DNA from: Acidimicrobiia bacterium
GTDB taxonomy: Bacteria > Actinomycetota > Acidimicrobiia > Spongiisociales > SHLN01
Length of the DNA stretch: 37,798 bases
Assembly (NCBI GenBank): GCA_041619515.1
Contig: JBFKDW010000022.1
Coordinates: forward strand, 1-37,798
Reading direction: 5' to 3'
Within the stretch, counting starts at the first letter, position 1. Each line of letters begins with the position of its first letter. Below are positions 1-11,958 of the stretch, piece by piece. The position numbers were made by a program, and so were the translations under genes. The notes under the pieces are model-generated. The model was not told the origin of the DNA. It did no database searches and worked only from the letters and a program-made list of their open reading frames with translations.

Positions 1-83
1 ACGCAGCTCGGAGAATCGGACTTCGCTCGCGGACCTGTACGCATCCGCAGCCCGGGAGAGGGCCTCAAGGTCGGGCGGCGGCA

Positions 84-323
84 GTGAGTAAGCCTTCCAA
101 CCTGGCGATGGGCTCGAGCTGGGTGCATCTCCGGATGTGCGTCGAGTGCGGTCACGTCGGGTGCTGCGATGCATCGCCGCATCATCATGCCGACGCCCAC
201 TTCCGAGCGAGCCCGGGCCACCGGTTGATCCGGTCGTTCGAGCCCGGGGAAGCGTGGTGGTACTGCTTCGAGGACGACTTCGCGTTCGAGCTGGAGGGTG
301 CGGGGCCGCTCAAGCCGGGCTAG
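84..323 (+). CDS. UBP-type zinc finger protein (N-terminus atypical; frame is open back to the window edge)
   Basis: WVHLRMCVECGHVGCCDASPHHHADAHF...IRSFEPGEAWWYC is typical of the small bacterial zf-UBP family. The CxxC normally just before LAMG is absent. Confidence 0.8.
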   Translation: MSKPSNLAMGSSWVHLRMCVECGHVGCCDASPHHHADAHFRASPGHRLIRSFEPGEAWWYCFEDDFAFELEGAGPLKPG

Positions 324-398
324 GGACGCGCAGCTCCGTCGAGGATCGTTCCAGGCCACCGGTCAATCGTGGTAGGGGCCGGGAGGCCCGGTCGGCAG

Positions 399-404
399 TA
401 CATT
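399..404 (+). promoter_or_regulatory. -10 element (TACATT) of a probable leaderless transcript
   Basis: TANNNT hexamer 7 nt before ATG 412; no Shine-Dalgarno in between. Confidence 0.5.
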
Positions 405-411
405 CACTTCG

Positions 412-1494
412 ATGAGGGTTGCGGTTCTCGGCTCGGGCAACGGCGGGTGCGCCGTTGCGTTCGATTGGGCGATGCACGGTCACGATGTGCGTCTCTTCGA
501 CTTCGAGTCGTTTCCCGACACGATCGGAGCAGTCCGGGCCCGGGGGGGAATCACCGCGCATGGGGAGCTGGACGGGTTCGCGGCGGTGACCTATGCCGGC
601 CATGACATCGAATCTGTGCTCGATGGCGCCGAACTCATCTTCGTGGTGGGTCCGGCGTACAGCACCCAGCCTTTCGCTGAGGCCTCCCGGCCGCATCTCC
701 GCCCGGGACAAACCGTTGTCGTCTGTCCGGGATCGTGCGGGGGCGCCATCGCCTTCAAGCGGGCCGCCGGGTTGGACCTGCGCGCCGACGATCTGGTGGT
801 CGCCGAAACGGCGACGTTGCCCTATGCCGTCCGTCTCGTGGGACCGGGCCGGATTCACGTGTACCTGAAGCTGCAGGATGCGGTCTATCTCGCAGCGGTT
901 CCGGCCCGGCTCACGGGCCCGGTCCTCGAGTTGCTCACCCCGGTGTTCGCGGGCGTGCGAGCCGCCGTGAACGTCCTGCAGACCGGCCTCCAAAACGGGA
1001 ACCCGGTGATCCACCCGGCGGTGACCCTGCTCAACGCAGCTCTGATCGAACGAACCAGCGGCGACTTCTCCTTCTACGAGGACGGGGTCACGCCGGCGGT
1101 GGGGCGGCTGATCGAGGCGGTGGACGAGGAGCGGATGGCGATCGGGGGCCGGCTCGGCCTGGAGGTGGTTGCCGAGCCGGAACTGGGTCTCCGGCAGGGT
1201 TTCATGGCCGAGGCAACGTATGACCGCGGATACTCCGAGGCTCCCGGGTTCCGTGGCATCCGGGCCCAGCACCAACTCGACTACCGATACTTCACCGAGG
1301 ACGTCGGTTACGGGCTGGTGTTTCTCGAGTCGCTCGGAGGCCAGATCGGGGTGAGGACGCCGATCATCGCAGCTCTGATCGACGTGGCCGGTGTGCTGAT
1401 GGGACGGGAGTACCGGAGCGGAGCACCCCGAACGATGGCAACGCTCGGGCTCGCCGAATACGACGTCGAGGAACTCGGACGGCTCCTCGCCTGA
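412..1494 (+). CDS. NAD/NADP-dependent octopine/nopaline (opine) dehydrogenase family protein
   Basis: N-terminal Rossmann VLGSGNGG, then ETATLPY, NGNPVIHP, FYEDGVT and RYFTEDVGYGL motifs. Confidence 0.9.
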   Translation: MRVAVLGSGNGGCAVAFDWAMHGHDVRLFDFESFPDTIGAVRARGGITAHGELDGFAAVTYAGHDIESVLDGAELIFVVGPAYSTQPFAEASRPHLRPGQTVVVCPGSCGGAIAFKRAAGLDLRADDLVVAETATLPYAVRLVGPGRIHVYLKLQDAVYLAAVPARLTGPVLELLTPVFAGVRAAVNVLQTGLQNGNPVIHPAVTLLNAALIERTSGDFSFYEDGVTPAVGRLIEAVDEERMAIGGRLGLEVVAEPELGLRQGFMAEATYDRGYSEAPGFRGIRAQHQLDYRYFTEDVGYGLVFLESLGGQIGVRTPIIAALIDVAGVLMGREYRSGAPRTMATLGLAEYDVEELGRLLA

Positions 1495-1512
1495 GCAGCG
1501 GCACCTGTCGGT

Positions 1513-1716
1513 TCACGTCCTGGCGGCGGTGAACCTCAGCGGCAGGCCGCCGCGGGGCTTGGGGATCGGCAGCGTCTGGGTGCAGGCGTCCTGGCCCGGC
1601 AGCGGCTCCAGCCGAAACCGGTTCAGCAGCTGCACCATGATCGCCTTCGTCATGAGCCCGGCGAAGTGCATCCCGATGCAGGTGTGGGCCCCGCCGTCCG
1701 GGAGCAGCTGCCCTTG
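1513..1716 (-). pseudogene. Cytochrome P450 C-terminal remnant
   Basis: Minus strand reads QGQLLPDGGAHTCIGMHFAGLMTKAIMVQLLNRFRLEPLPGQDACTQTLPIPKPRGGLPLRFTAART*. This is a degenerate heme-binding FxxGxxxCxG motif, L-helix and terminal PxPxxGLP. There is no start codon or N-terminal region because pyrB lies directly upstream. Confidence 0.8.
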
Positions 1717-1718
1717 CG

Positions 1719-2696
1719 TCAGGCCTTGCCGAGCACCAGGGCGAGGAGCGCCATCCGGGTGTACATGCCGTACTCCATCTGGCGGAAGTAGGCGGCGCGC
1801 GGGTCCGAGTCGACCTCGGTGGTGATCTCCCCGACTCTGGGCAGCGGATGCATCAAAGCCATCCGCTGCTTGGCGCGCGACATCGTGTCGGGGGTTATGA
1901 CGTACGAATCCTTGACCTCGTCGTACTCCGAGGGATCGGAGAACCGCTCCTTCTGAATCCGCGTCACATACAGCACGTCGGTGTCGCCGAGCACGGCATC
2001 GAGATCGCCCGTCTCGGTCTGGTCGATCCCGGCGGCATCGACCTCTTTGACCAGCAGCTCCGGCATCCGGAGAATCTCTGGCGAGACGTAGTTGATCTTC
2101 ACGTCGAAGAGGGTGAGCAGCTTGGCGAGGGAATGCACCGTCCGACCGTACTTGAGGTCGCCCACCATGGTGATGGTGAGCCCATCGATACCACCCATCT
2201 CCTCACGAATGGTGTGCGCGTCCAGGAGCGCCTGAGTGGGATGCTCGCCGGCGCCGTCACCGGCGTTGATGATCGGCTTGGTGGTGGCCGCTGCCGCCAA
2301 CGCCGCCGAGCCCTGCTCGGGGTGGCGCAGCACGATGGCGTCGGTGTACTGCTCCATGGTTCGCACCGTGTCCGCCAATGACTCGCCTTTCGAAACCGAC
2401 GAGAAGGTGACGTTGTTGATCTGGATGACGCTGCCCCCGAGCCGTTCGATGGCCGCCACGAACGACGACGAGGTGCGCGTCGAGGGCTCGTAGAACAGGT
2501 TGGTCAGCACCTTGCCCTTGAGCAGATCGAAGGTACCGATCCGATGCACCATCTCGCTCATCTCATGCGCGACTTCGAACAACGTCTCGAGGTCGCCCCG
2601 CTCGAACTGTGACACCGACAGGATGTCTCTGCCGAAGAAGCGGGGATCCCGCTTTTCGCCGAACGGGAGGTGCTCGGTGGTTGTCCTGGTCGCCAT
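1719..2696 (-). CDS. pyrB: Aspartate carbamoyltransferase catalytic subunit
   Basis: [45 protein letters not shown] and HPLPR motifs; SD AAGGAG upstream. Confidence 0.95.
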   Translation of the reverse strand: MATRTTTEHLPFGEKRDPRFFGRDILSVSQFERGDLETLFEVAHEMSEMVHRIGTFDLLKGKVLTNLFYEPSTRTSSSFVAAIERLGGSVIQINNVTFSSVSKGESLADTVRTMEQYTDAIVLRHPEQGSAALAAAATTKPIINAGDGAGEHPTQALLDAHTIREEMGGIDGLTITMVGDLKYGRTVHSLAKLLTLFDVKINYVSPEILRMPELLVKEVDAAGIDQTETGDLDAVLGDTDVLYVTRIQKERFSDPSEYDEVKDSYVITPDTMSRAKQRMALMHPLPRVGEITTEVDSDPRAAYFRQMEYGMYTRMALLALVLGKA

Positions 2697-2741
2697 GGGC
2701 CGTTCTCCTTTTCAGTTGCTCAGCCCGACAACGCACCGGGC

Positions 2742-2767
2742 AAACAAAAAACCGCCTCCTGGGCGGT
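2742..2767 (-). terminator. Intrinsic terminator within the pyrB 5' leader (attenuator-like)
   Basis: Minus strand ACCGCC-CAGGA-GGCGGT followed by TTTTTGTTT, about 45 nt upstream of the pyrB start. Confidence 0.7.
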
Positions 2768-2961
2768 GATACCCACGGTCGGCGGTTGCTGCAATCATCT
2801 CGGGAGGCAACAGTAGCCGCAGCTTCGACACAGCCAAGTTTCGCCGTCGGGAAAGTTTCGCGTTCCAGGAACGGGCCGACCGAATCCACTGCTCTTGACC
2901 TTTGGCACTACCAGCCCCCCGTGTGTCTTTGGAGAATGGGTAGAGGCGAAAGGAGGGTGAC

Positions 2962-3432
2962 ATGTATGAGATCGAAGAGCGGATCCTCGCCGAGCAGCCG
3001 ACCATGGTCATGCACGGCAAGATCAGGCTGGAGGACATCCCCACCTTCCTCGGACGGGTGTATCACACCGTCGACAGCCAGATCAGGGAGGCCGGGGCTC
3101 ACGTGGTGGGTGACCCGTTTGCTCGCTACCGACCGCTCGACGACAAGTACGTCGAGTTCGAGGTCGAGGCCGGCCTTCCGGTGATCATGGCGGTCCACGG
3201 CAAGGGCGAGGTGCGGGCATCTCGCCTCCCAGGAGGGCCGGCGGTGGCAACGGTCCATACCGGGCCATTCGAGCGCCTGGAAAGCGCCTACAACGCGCTT
3301 GCGGACTGGATCGCGGACCGGGGGCTGAAGGCGAGCGGCCCGGCCTGGGAGGTCTACCACACCGACACCGACGAGCTACCGGGTCCCGCCACCTGGCGCA
3401 CCGAGGTTATCCAGCCGTATCGGCCTGGCTGA
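2962..3432 (+). CDS. GyrI-like small-molecule-binding domain protein
   Basis: G.PFARY, EVEAGLPV, LPGGPAVATVHTGPFERLESAYNAL..W, GPAWEVY and WRTEV motifs; strong SD AAAGGAGG. Confidence 0.88.
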   Translation: MYEIEERILAEQPTMVMHGKIRLEDIPTFLGRVYHTVDSQIREAGAHVVGDPFARYRPLDDKYVEFEVEAGLPVIMAVHGKGEVRASRLPGGPAVATVHTGPFERLESAYNALADWIADRGLKASGPAWEVYHTDTDELPGPATWRTEVIQPYRPG

Positions 3433-3441
3433 GCCGCCCGG

Positions 3442-4959
3442 TCATTCGGGCCTCACGCCGGCCATCATCAGGCCGACCTCTTCCCGGGTGGTCGTGGCCG
3501 GGTCCACGATTCCCATCACCTGCCCCTCGTACATGACGGCAATCCGGTCGGAGAGGCCGAAGACCTCGTCCAGGTCCTCGGAGATCACCAGGATGGCGGT
3601 CCCGTGTGCACGCTGGGTCACCAGCCGCTCGTGGATGTATTCGGCCGCACCGATGTCGACCCCGCGGGTGGGCTGAGAGGCCAGAAGCACCGTCGGAGTT
3701 CCCTCGAGCTCGCGGGCGAGAATCAGCTTCTGGATGTTGCCCCCGGAAAGGCTCCGAACGGGTGTCTCCAGCGTCGGCGTCTTGACGGAGAAATCGTCGA
3801 CCAAGCCCTGGCAGTGCCGGCGAATAGCCCCAAAGTCGAACAGGCCCCGGTGGAGGAACCGTTCCTCACGGTGGTCGATGAGCAGCAGGTTCTCGGCAAC
3901 CGTGAAGTCGGCGATGGTGCCGTCCTTCATGCGGCCCTCCGGCACGTACGCCAAACCTGCCTCGCGCACCTCGATCGGTCGGCGGTTGGTGACGTCGGTG
4001 CCGCGGATGTGGATGCTGCCCCGGGTGACCGGACGGAGGCCGGCGATAGCCTCGGCCAGCTCGCGCTGCCCGTTACCCGACACGCCGGCAATGCCCATCA
4101 CCTCACCCTTTCGCACCTCCAGGTCGAAGTCATCGACCGCGACGATCCCACGGTCTCCGAACACCTCGAGCCCGCGAATGACGAGAGCCGGCTCGGCGAC
4201 CTGGACCTGCGGCTTATCCGGCGCCAGCTTCACTTCGCGGCCCACCATCATCTCGGCCAGCGACGACCGGGTCGCACCCTCGGGGGTTGCCTGCCCGGTG
4301 ACCCTTCCCTGCCGGAGCACGGTGATCCGATCGCTCAGAGCCAGGACTTCGTGCAGTTTGTGGGAAATGAAGATCAGCCCGCGCCCGTCGGCGGTGAGCT
4401 GGCGCAGCGTGTGGAAGAGCTGGTCGACTTCCTGGGGGGTGAGCACCGCCGTCGGCTCGTCGAGGATCAGCAGTCGAGCCTCCCGATACAGTGCCTTGAT
4501 GATCTCGACTCGTTGCTTCTGGCCGACCGCCAGCTGCCAGATCACCGCCGAAGGGTCGATTTCGAGGCCGTACTGGGATCCGAGCTCAGCGATGTGGGCG
4601 GACACGACGTCGAGATCGGTGAGCGCTCCCCTGCTGGACGGCAGGCCGAGCGCAACGTTCTCAGCCACCGTCAAGGTCTCAACCAGCATGAAATGCTGGT
4701 GAATCATGCCGATGTTATGGCCGATGGCGGTCGTTGGGCTGTCGATGACGGTCGGCTCGCCGTCGAGCAGAATCTCCCCTTCATCGGCCTGGTACAGCCC
4801 GTAGAGGATCTTCATGAGGGTGCTCTTGCCGGCGCCGTTCTCCCCCAGCAGGGTATGAACCTCACCGGCCATCACGTCGAAGTCGACGGCGTCGTTGGCA
4901 AGCACGCCTGGGAATCGCTTCGTGATCCCGCGCATCTCGACCATTGGTACCGCCGTCAT
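3442..4959 (-). CDS. ABC transporter ATP-binding protein, two-domain (nucleoside/sugar CUT2 type)
   Basis: Walker A GENGAGKST, LILDEPT, second domain LSGGNIQK and QPTRGVD. Confidence 0.93.
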   Translation of the reverse strand: MTAVPMVEMRGITKRFPGVLANDAVDFDVMAGEVHTLLGENGAGKSTLMKILYGLYQADEGEILLDGEPTVIDSPTTAIGHNIGMIHQHFMLVETLTVAENVALGLPSSRGALTDLDVVSAHIAELGSQYGLEIDPSAVIWQLAVGQKQRVEIIKALYREARLLILDEPTAVLTPQEVDQLFHTLRQLTADGRGLIFISHKLHEVLALSDRITVLRQGRVTGQATPEGATRSSLAEMMVGREVKLAPDKPQVQVAEPALVIRGLEVFGDRGIVAVDDFDLEVRKGEVMGIAGVSGNGQRELAEAIAGLRPVTRGSIHIRGTDVTNRRPIEVREAGLAYVPEGRMKDGTIADFTVAENLLLIDHREERFLHRGLFDFGAIRRHCQGLVDDFSVKTPTLETPVRSLSGGNIQKLILARELEGTPTVLLASQPTRGVDIGAAEYIHERLVTQRAHGTAILVISEDLDEVFGLSDRIAVMYEGQVMGIVDPATTTREEVGLMMAGVRPE

Positions 4960-4983
4960 TGGGTCCTCCCTCCCAGGGCTCGG

Positions 4984-5011
4984 GATCGGGGGGCCGGCCG
5001 GCCCCCCGATC
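4984..5011. repeat. 28-bp perfect palindrome between the binding-protein and ATPase genes (intercistronic stem-loop)
   Basis: GATCGGGGGGCCGGCCGGCCCCCCGATC is its own reverse complement. Confidence 0.8.
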
Positions 5012-5022
5012 GGCCGTTGCTG

Positions 5023-6033
5023 CTAGCCAGTCGAGATCGTGCCGTCGGCAATGCCGGCGATCGTGTCCTCAGCCTTCTGACGGACGTCGGCCGGCAGGTC
5101 GTAGGCAGGGTTGTATTCGATGACCTCACCCTGGTTTGCCAGGTTGATCTCGAAGATCTCACCCCCCAGCGTCCCGGCCTGCACGTTGGCAATGATGTCG
5201 TCGAGTATGACCTCCCAGTGATACACCTGGGATGCGACGACGATGTCGCCCAATGACGACTGGTTTGCCTGGGTGCCAAGCCACAGGATGCCCTCTGTGT
5301 TGGCGACGCCCACCGCCCCGACCACCATTTGGGCCGTGCCCGTCATGACATCGACGTCTTGAGACGCGTAGGCCTCCGCCGTTTCCTTGGCGAGGGCGAC
5401 GTCGCTGAACGATCCGGTGTAGGTGACCTTGGGGACGATGGCGCCTTCGGACACCGCTCCGGCCACGAAGCCATCGACGTACAGCTTGGCGTCACCTACC
5501 TCGATGGGGCCGACCACACCGATGATGCCTGTCTCGCTGAGGGAGGCTGCCATCACTCCGAGCACGAAGCCGCCCTCGTCGGAGGCCGCTTCATAGGCAA
5601 ACACGTTGGGAAGCCCGAACGTGTCGGCGGCGGTGCCCCAGGCGAACGAGACGTCCGGGAAGTCCGGCGCAATCAGCTCGAGTGACCCCCCGTACTGGGA
5701 GCCGTGGGCGATCACAAGATCAACGCCCTCGTTGGCGTAGCCGCGTATGGCGGTGCCGGCATCGTCTACGTTGAACAGCCCGTCGCTCACCTGCACCTCA
5801 ACGTTCCCCATCTCGGTCTTGATGGCATCGACGGCATCGACGATCGACTGGGTGAATGCGAGGTCGGTCGCCGCCGATGGAGCCACGATTGCGATCTGGA
5901 ACGGCTCGCCTCCCACCGTCGTATTGGTCCCACCGTCGCCGGGGGTAGTGGCCGTGTCATCACCGCCGCAGGCGGCGGCAATCAAGGCGAGCGCAGCCAG
6001 AAGCGCCAGCCATCTCAAAACACCTTTTCTCAC
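5023..6033 (-). CDS. BMP-family ABC substrate-binding lipoprotein (probable purine nucleoside/nucleobase binding)
   Basis: GTG 6033 after SD GAGGAGG; lipobox IAAAC; DLAFTQS, DLVIAHGSQY and YTGSFSD motifs. Confidence 0.88.
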   Translation of the reverse strand: MRKGVLRWLALLAALALIAAACGGDDTATTPGDGGTNTTVGGEPFQIAIVAPSAATDLAFTQSIVDAVDAIKTEMGNVEVQVSDGLFNVDDAGTAIRGYANEGVDLVIAHGSQYGGSLELIAPDFPDVSFAWGTAADTFGLPNVFAYEAASDEGGFVLGVMAASLSETGIIGVVGPIEVGDAKLYVDGFVAGAVSEGAIVPKVTYTGSFSDVALAKETAEAYASQDVDVMTGTAQMVVGAVGVANTEGILWLGTQANQSSLGDIVVASQVYHWEVILDDIIANVQAGTLGGEIFEINLANQGEVIEYNPAYDLPADVRQKAEDTIAGIADGTISTG

Positions 6034-6166
6034 GTTTCCTCCTCTGTGCGCGACGGTTTCCCGCACGCGTCTGTCTCCCAACTCTCCCACAGGTTCTCCA
6101 AATCAATAGAGGCTGCACCGGTGCCCAACGTCACCTGGTGGCGGCCAAAGGTCCCTGTGTCCGCCA

Positions 6167-7099
6167 TCACCCACCCCGCTCGAAGGGCTTGGTCAGCGCA
6201 GCCGGCGCTCGGAAGCGGGAAGCCACGATTACCAGGGCCAGGATGGTGATCACCGCCGGCGCCATCGCCGCGATGTCGGACCAGCTATTCGGGATGATTC
6301 CGAGGGTCTTGAATTGCAGAACGACGGCGTTGACGAAGCCATACAGCATGGCGCCCAGCATGACCCCCACCGGCCGCCAGGCTCCGAAATACACGAGGGC
6401 GATGGCGATGAAGCCCTGGGCATTCGTTATGTTCTGCTGAAAGATCCCGAGGTCGATGGCGAGAGCCGCCCCGGCAATCCCCGCCAGCGTCCCTCCGATC
6501 AGCATGGTGGCGTACCGCACCTTGGCGACGCTCACCCCCAGGCTGTCGGCCGCCTCGGGGTTCTCACCCACTGCTCGGATCTTCATTCCGAACGTGGTCC
6601 GGTTCATGACCAGCATGCCGACGGGCACCGCAATGAACGCCAGATAGACAACGATGCTGTGCCGAAACAACATCTCGCCCAGCCAGGGGATGTCGCCCAG
6701 ACCGGGGATCTCCACCTTCGGAAAGGTCCGGATCGGGATGGGGGTCTTGACGAGCCGCTGGAAGAGCAGGTCACTCATGCCGAGCCCGAAGAGGAACACG
6801 CCGATTCCTGATATTCCCTGTTCGGCCTTCAGGGTGACGGTGATGAAGGCCGAGATGAGACCGAGGAGGAACCCGACCCCGAGACCTACCAGCAACCCCA
6901 GCCATACGTTGTCGCTCTTCAGCGTCGTGTAGTAGCCGCCGAAGGCTCCGAGCAGCATGACCCCGTCGACCCCGAGGTTGAGCACTCCGCTCCGCTGCCC
7001 GAACGTCTCACCGAGCCCGGCCAGCAGCAGTGGCACGGCCAGGCGAATGCCCGAGGCGACCGTGGCGATGAGCACTGCCTGGGTGAAGAAGTCGCTCAC
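6167..7099 (-). CDS. Nucleoside-type ABC transporter permease
   Basis: RSGVLNLGVDG, RAVGENPEAADSLG and GFIAIALVYFGAWRP motifs; start overlaps the upstream permease stop. Confidence 0.92.
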   Translation of the reverse strand: MSDFFTQAVLIATVASGIRLAVPLLLAGLGETFGQRSGVLNLGVDGVMLLGAFGGYYTTLKSDNVWLGLLVGLGVGFLLGLISAFITVTLKAEQGISGIGVFLFGLGMSDLLFQRLVKTPIPIRTFPKVEIPGLGDIPWLGEMLFRHSIVVYLAFIAVPVGMLVMNRTTFGMKIRAVGENPEAADSLGVSVAKVRYATMLIGGTLAGIAGAALAIDLGIFQQNITNAQGFIAIALVYFGAWRPVGVMLGAMLYGFVNAVVLQFKTLGIIPNSWSDIAAMAPAVITILALVIVASRFRAPAALTKPFERGG

Positions 7100-8259
7100 G
7101 GGTCACCCCCTCCGTCGTCGACGGCGGCGGCCGCCTCGGGCGGTGGAGCCGCCACCCCGAGGGCCTGGCGGCGGGCATCCTGATCCCGCAGGCGCTTGCG
7201 ATACCGATCCGTAGACACGACGAAGATCACCACCAGCCCGTTGAGGGCAAGAATGAGCGCCGAGGGGACTTGCACGGCGCGCTGCATCGAGATCCCACCT
7301 ACCAGCAGCCCCCCGAAGAGGAAGGACGCCGGGATCGTGAAGATCGGGTGGAGCCCGCCGAAGAGTGCTGCCACGATCCCGTTGAATCCAGCGTTTCCGG
7401 TGAATCCGGCCGTCGACCCGTCGGTCACCATACGATGGCTCTCGCTCCCGAACACCAGCACCGCCCCGGCCAAGCCGCACAAGGCGCCACTGAGCGTGAG
7501 CGCGAGGGTGATGGTTCGCTTGACCGGCATGCCGGCATAGCGGGCGGCGTCCTCGTTCTGTCCGACCGCCCGCAGCCGGTACCCGAGAGGGGTGCGCCAC
7601 AGGAGGATGTAGGCGCCGATGGCGGCCAGGATCGCCAACAGTGGCCCGATATGGAGCCGGTTGCTTCCGAACAGCAGCGGCAGGTCGGCTCCCTCCTGGA
7701 GGCGCTGGGTCTGGGGGATCCGCGTGCCGCGCTCGATCTCACCCGGGTCGATGAGGGGGCCGCGCAACAGGTAGTTCATGAGCTGAACGGCGACGACGTT
7801 CAGCATGATGGTGCTGAGAATCTCGTTGACGCCGAAATACGCCTTGAGGTACCCGGGGACCGCCCCCCAGACGGCCCCGCCCACCAGCCCGGCAAGGATC
7901 ACCGCCGGCAGCATGATGAAGGCCGACATGTCGGGCAGCCACAGGGCGGTCATGGTTGCCAGCAGCCCGCCGGCCACCATTTGACCCTCGCCTCCGATAT
8001 TGATGACGTTGGCCCGGAAGGCAATGGTGATGCCGACACCGACGAACAGCAGAGGCGTTGCTTTGAGGGCGGTTTCGATGAGCGCCTCCCGGCTCCCGAA
8101 GGCGCCATCGAGGAGGGCCAGGAAGCCTTCGAACGGGCTCGCATCCAGTGCCAGCAGCATGATGGCGCCGATGAGCAGAGCGAAGGCGACTGCGCCGAGC
8201 GGCACGAGGTAGGCAAGATACTTCGACCCCACCCGAAGGCGTGCGCCTGCTTGGGTCAA
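7096..8259 (-). CDS. Nucleoside-type ABC transporter permease
   Basis: TTG 8259 after SD GAGGAGG; NIGGEGQ, NEILSTIMLN, RAVGQNEDAARYAG and GFNGIVAALFG motifs. Confidence 0.9.
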   Translation of the reverse strand: MTQAGARLRVGSKYLAYLVPLGAVAFALLIGAIMLLALDASPFEGFLALLDGAFGSREALIETALKATPLLFVGVGITIAFRANVINIGGEGQMVAGGLLATMTALWLPDMSAFIMLPAVILAGLVGGAVWGAVPGYLKAYFGVNEILSTIMLNVVAVQLMNYLLRGPLIDPGEIERGTRIPQTQRLQEGADLPLLFGSNRLHIGPLLAILAAIGAYILLWRTPLGYRLRAVGQNEDAARYAGMPVKRTITLALTLSGALCGLAGAVLVFGSESHRMVTDGSTAGFTGNAGFNGIVAALFGGLHPIFTIPASFLFGGLLVGGISMQRAVQVPSALILALNGLVVIFVVSTDRYRKRLRDQDARRQALGVAAPPPEAAAAVDDGGGDP

Positions 8260-8346
8260 ACCGTCGGCCTCCTCTGGTTCCAAACCGCCTCGCCAGACTA
8301 ACCAGCCCGGCTCGACGTCCGCCGTCCGGCATCCTTCGGCTTCTGG

Positions 8347-8374
8347 GTGACAGGGTGGCGGCACCAGATATGAT
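8347..8374 (+). promoter_or_regulatory. Probable sigma70-type promoter for xdh
   Basis: GTGACA-N16-TATGAT about 30 nt upstream of ATG 8405, in the divergent ABC/xdh intergenic region. Confidence 0.5.
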
Positions 8375-8404
8375 GGCGGCAGCCTGCACAGCGAGGAGCA
8401 TCTC

Positions 8405-10993
<2,589 letters not shown>

Positions 10994-11216
10994 CCGCTGC
11001 AGAGCTGCTCGGCAATCTGCAAGTGGGCTTGGACCGTCGAATGGTTGGCGGGGGATTCAGACGCACAAGACCTGCCCGTGATCATCGACACCCCTTGGAA
11101 AGTTGCCCTCCAGATCTGCGCAGGTGACGGTCCCGGCCTCCCGGTTTCGGGTCAGCGGCGGAGACGGCGCGCCAGCCCGCAAAGTTCCCGGCTCGTCGGC
11201 AGCCGTTCCGGCTTAG

Positions 11217-11843
11217 TCAGTCGTAACTCACCTGGCAGAAACCGTGGTTGCAGTACCCGCCCGGATTCTTGGCGAGATACTGCTGGTGATAGTCCTCGGC
11301 GTAGAAGAAGTCACCCGCTTCGGCAATCTCTGTGGTGATCTGGCCGAAGCCCTTTTCGTCGAGCAATGCCTGGTAGCGATCCCGTGAGCGCTTGGCCGTA
11401 TCGGCTTGCTCGTCGGTGAAGGTGTAGATGGCAGATCGGTATTGGGTGCCCCGGTCGTTGCCCTGACCCATGTACTGAGTCGGGTCGTGCTGCTCCCAGA
11501 AGTCCTTGAGCAACCGTTCATAGCTCACCTCGGCCGGGTCGTAGACAACCAGCACCGCCTCGGTATGACCCGTCTTGCCGGTACACGTCTCCTCATAGGT
11601 TGGATTGGGCGTGTACCCACCCGCGTAGCCGGCTGCGGTGGTGTACACGCCTGGGATCTGCCAGAAGATGCGCTCGGCCCCCCAGAAGCATCCCATACCA
11701 AACACCGCCTGCTCCATTCCCTCGGGAAACGGCGGATAGATGGACGTGCCATTGACGAAGTGCGGTCCGCTCTCCGGCAGCGCCTCAGAACGTCCCGCCA
11801 GGGCGTCCTCAGGCGAAATCAACTCACTCTTTGATCGGAACAT
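11217..11843 (-). CDS. msrA: Peptide methionine sulfoxide reductase MsrA (Cys form)
   Basis: [32 protein letters not shown] and AEDYHQQYL motifs. Confidence 0.97.
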   Translation of the reverse strand: MFRSKSELISPEDALAGRSEALPESGPHFVNGTSIYPPFPEGMEQAVFGMGCFWGAERIFWQIPGVYTTAAGYAGGYTPNPTYEETCTGKTGHTEAVLVVYDPAEVSYERLLKDFWEQHDPTQYMGQGNDRGTQYRSAIYTFTDEQADTAKRSRDRYQALLDEKGFGQITTEIAEAGDFFYAEDYHQQYLAKNPGGYCNHGFCQVSYD

Positions 11844-11864
11844 GGGTGACCTCCTGGCTGGTGT

Positions 11865-11890
11865 AACGCTACCTGACGGCGGTTCGTTCC
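11865..11890 (-). promoter_or_regulatory. SigH/SigR-type (thiol-oxidative stress) promoter of msrA
   Basis: Minus strand GGAAC-N18-GTT, matching the actinobacterial SigR/SigH consensus, 21 nt upstream of the msrA ATG. Confidence 0.7.
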
Positions 11891-11958
11891 CGCCGTCCCA
11901 TGCACCAAATCAGGGATTTCCCGATAGAAACCCGTCCAAAGCGGCCGATAGTCAATCC

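Noticed and set aside
2786..2900. SAM-I riboswitch-like words (TCAAGAGCAGTGGA...GGCCCG, GCAGCAACC) in the pyrB leader
   Set aside because: Spacing is wrong, the GAGGGA kink-turn and downstream GGTGC/AATTCC elements are missing, and pyrB is not a SAM-related gene.
10994..11216. Read-through of the xdh TAG stop, or a DndD-like LPVIIDTP word in the following open frame
   Set aside because: Xdh is complete at its stop; a single 8-residue match with no other ATPase motifs is insufficient.
11217..11843. MsrA as a selenoprotein, and Sec read-through at other TGA stops (ssnA, zur, cupin, opine dehydrogenase)
   Set aside because: The MsrA catalytic residue is Cys (GCFWG). The other TGAs fall at the natural family C-termini, with no continuing homology recognised.
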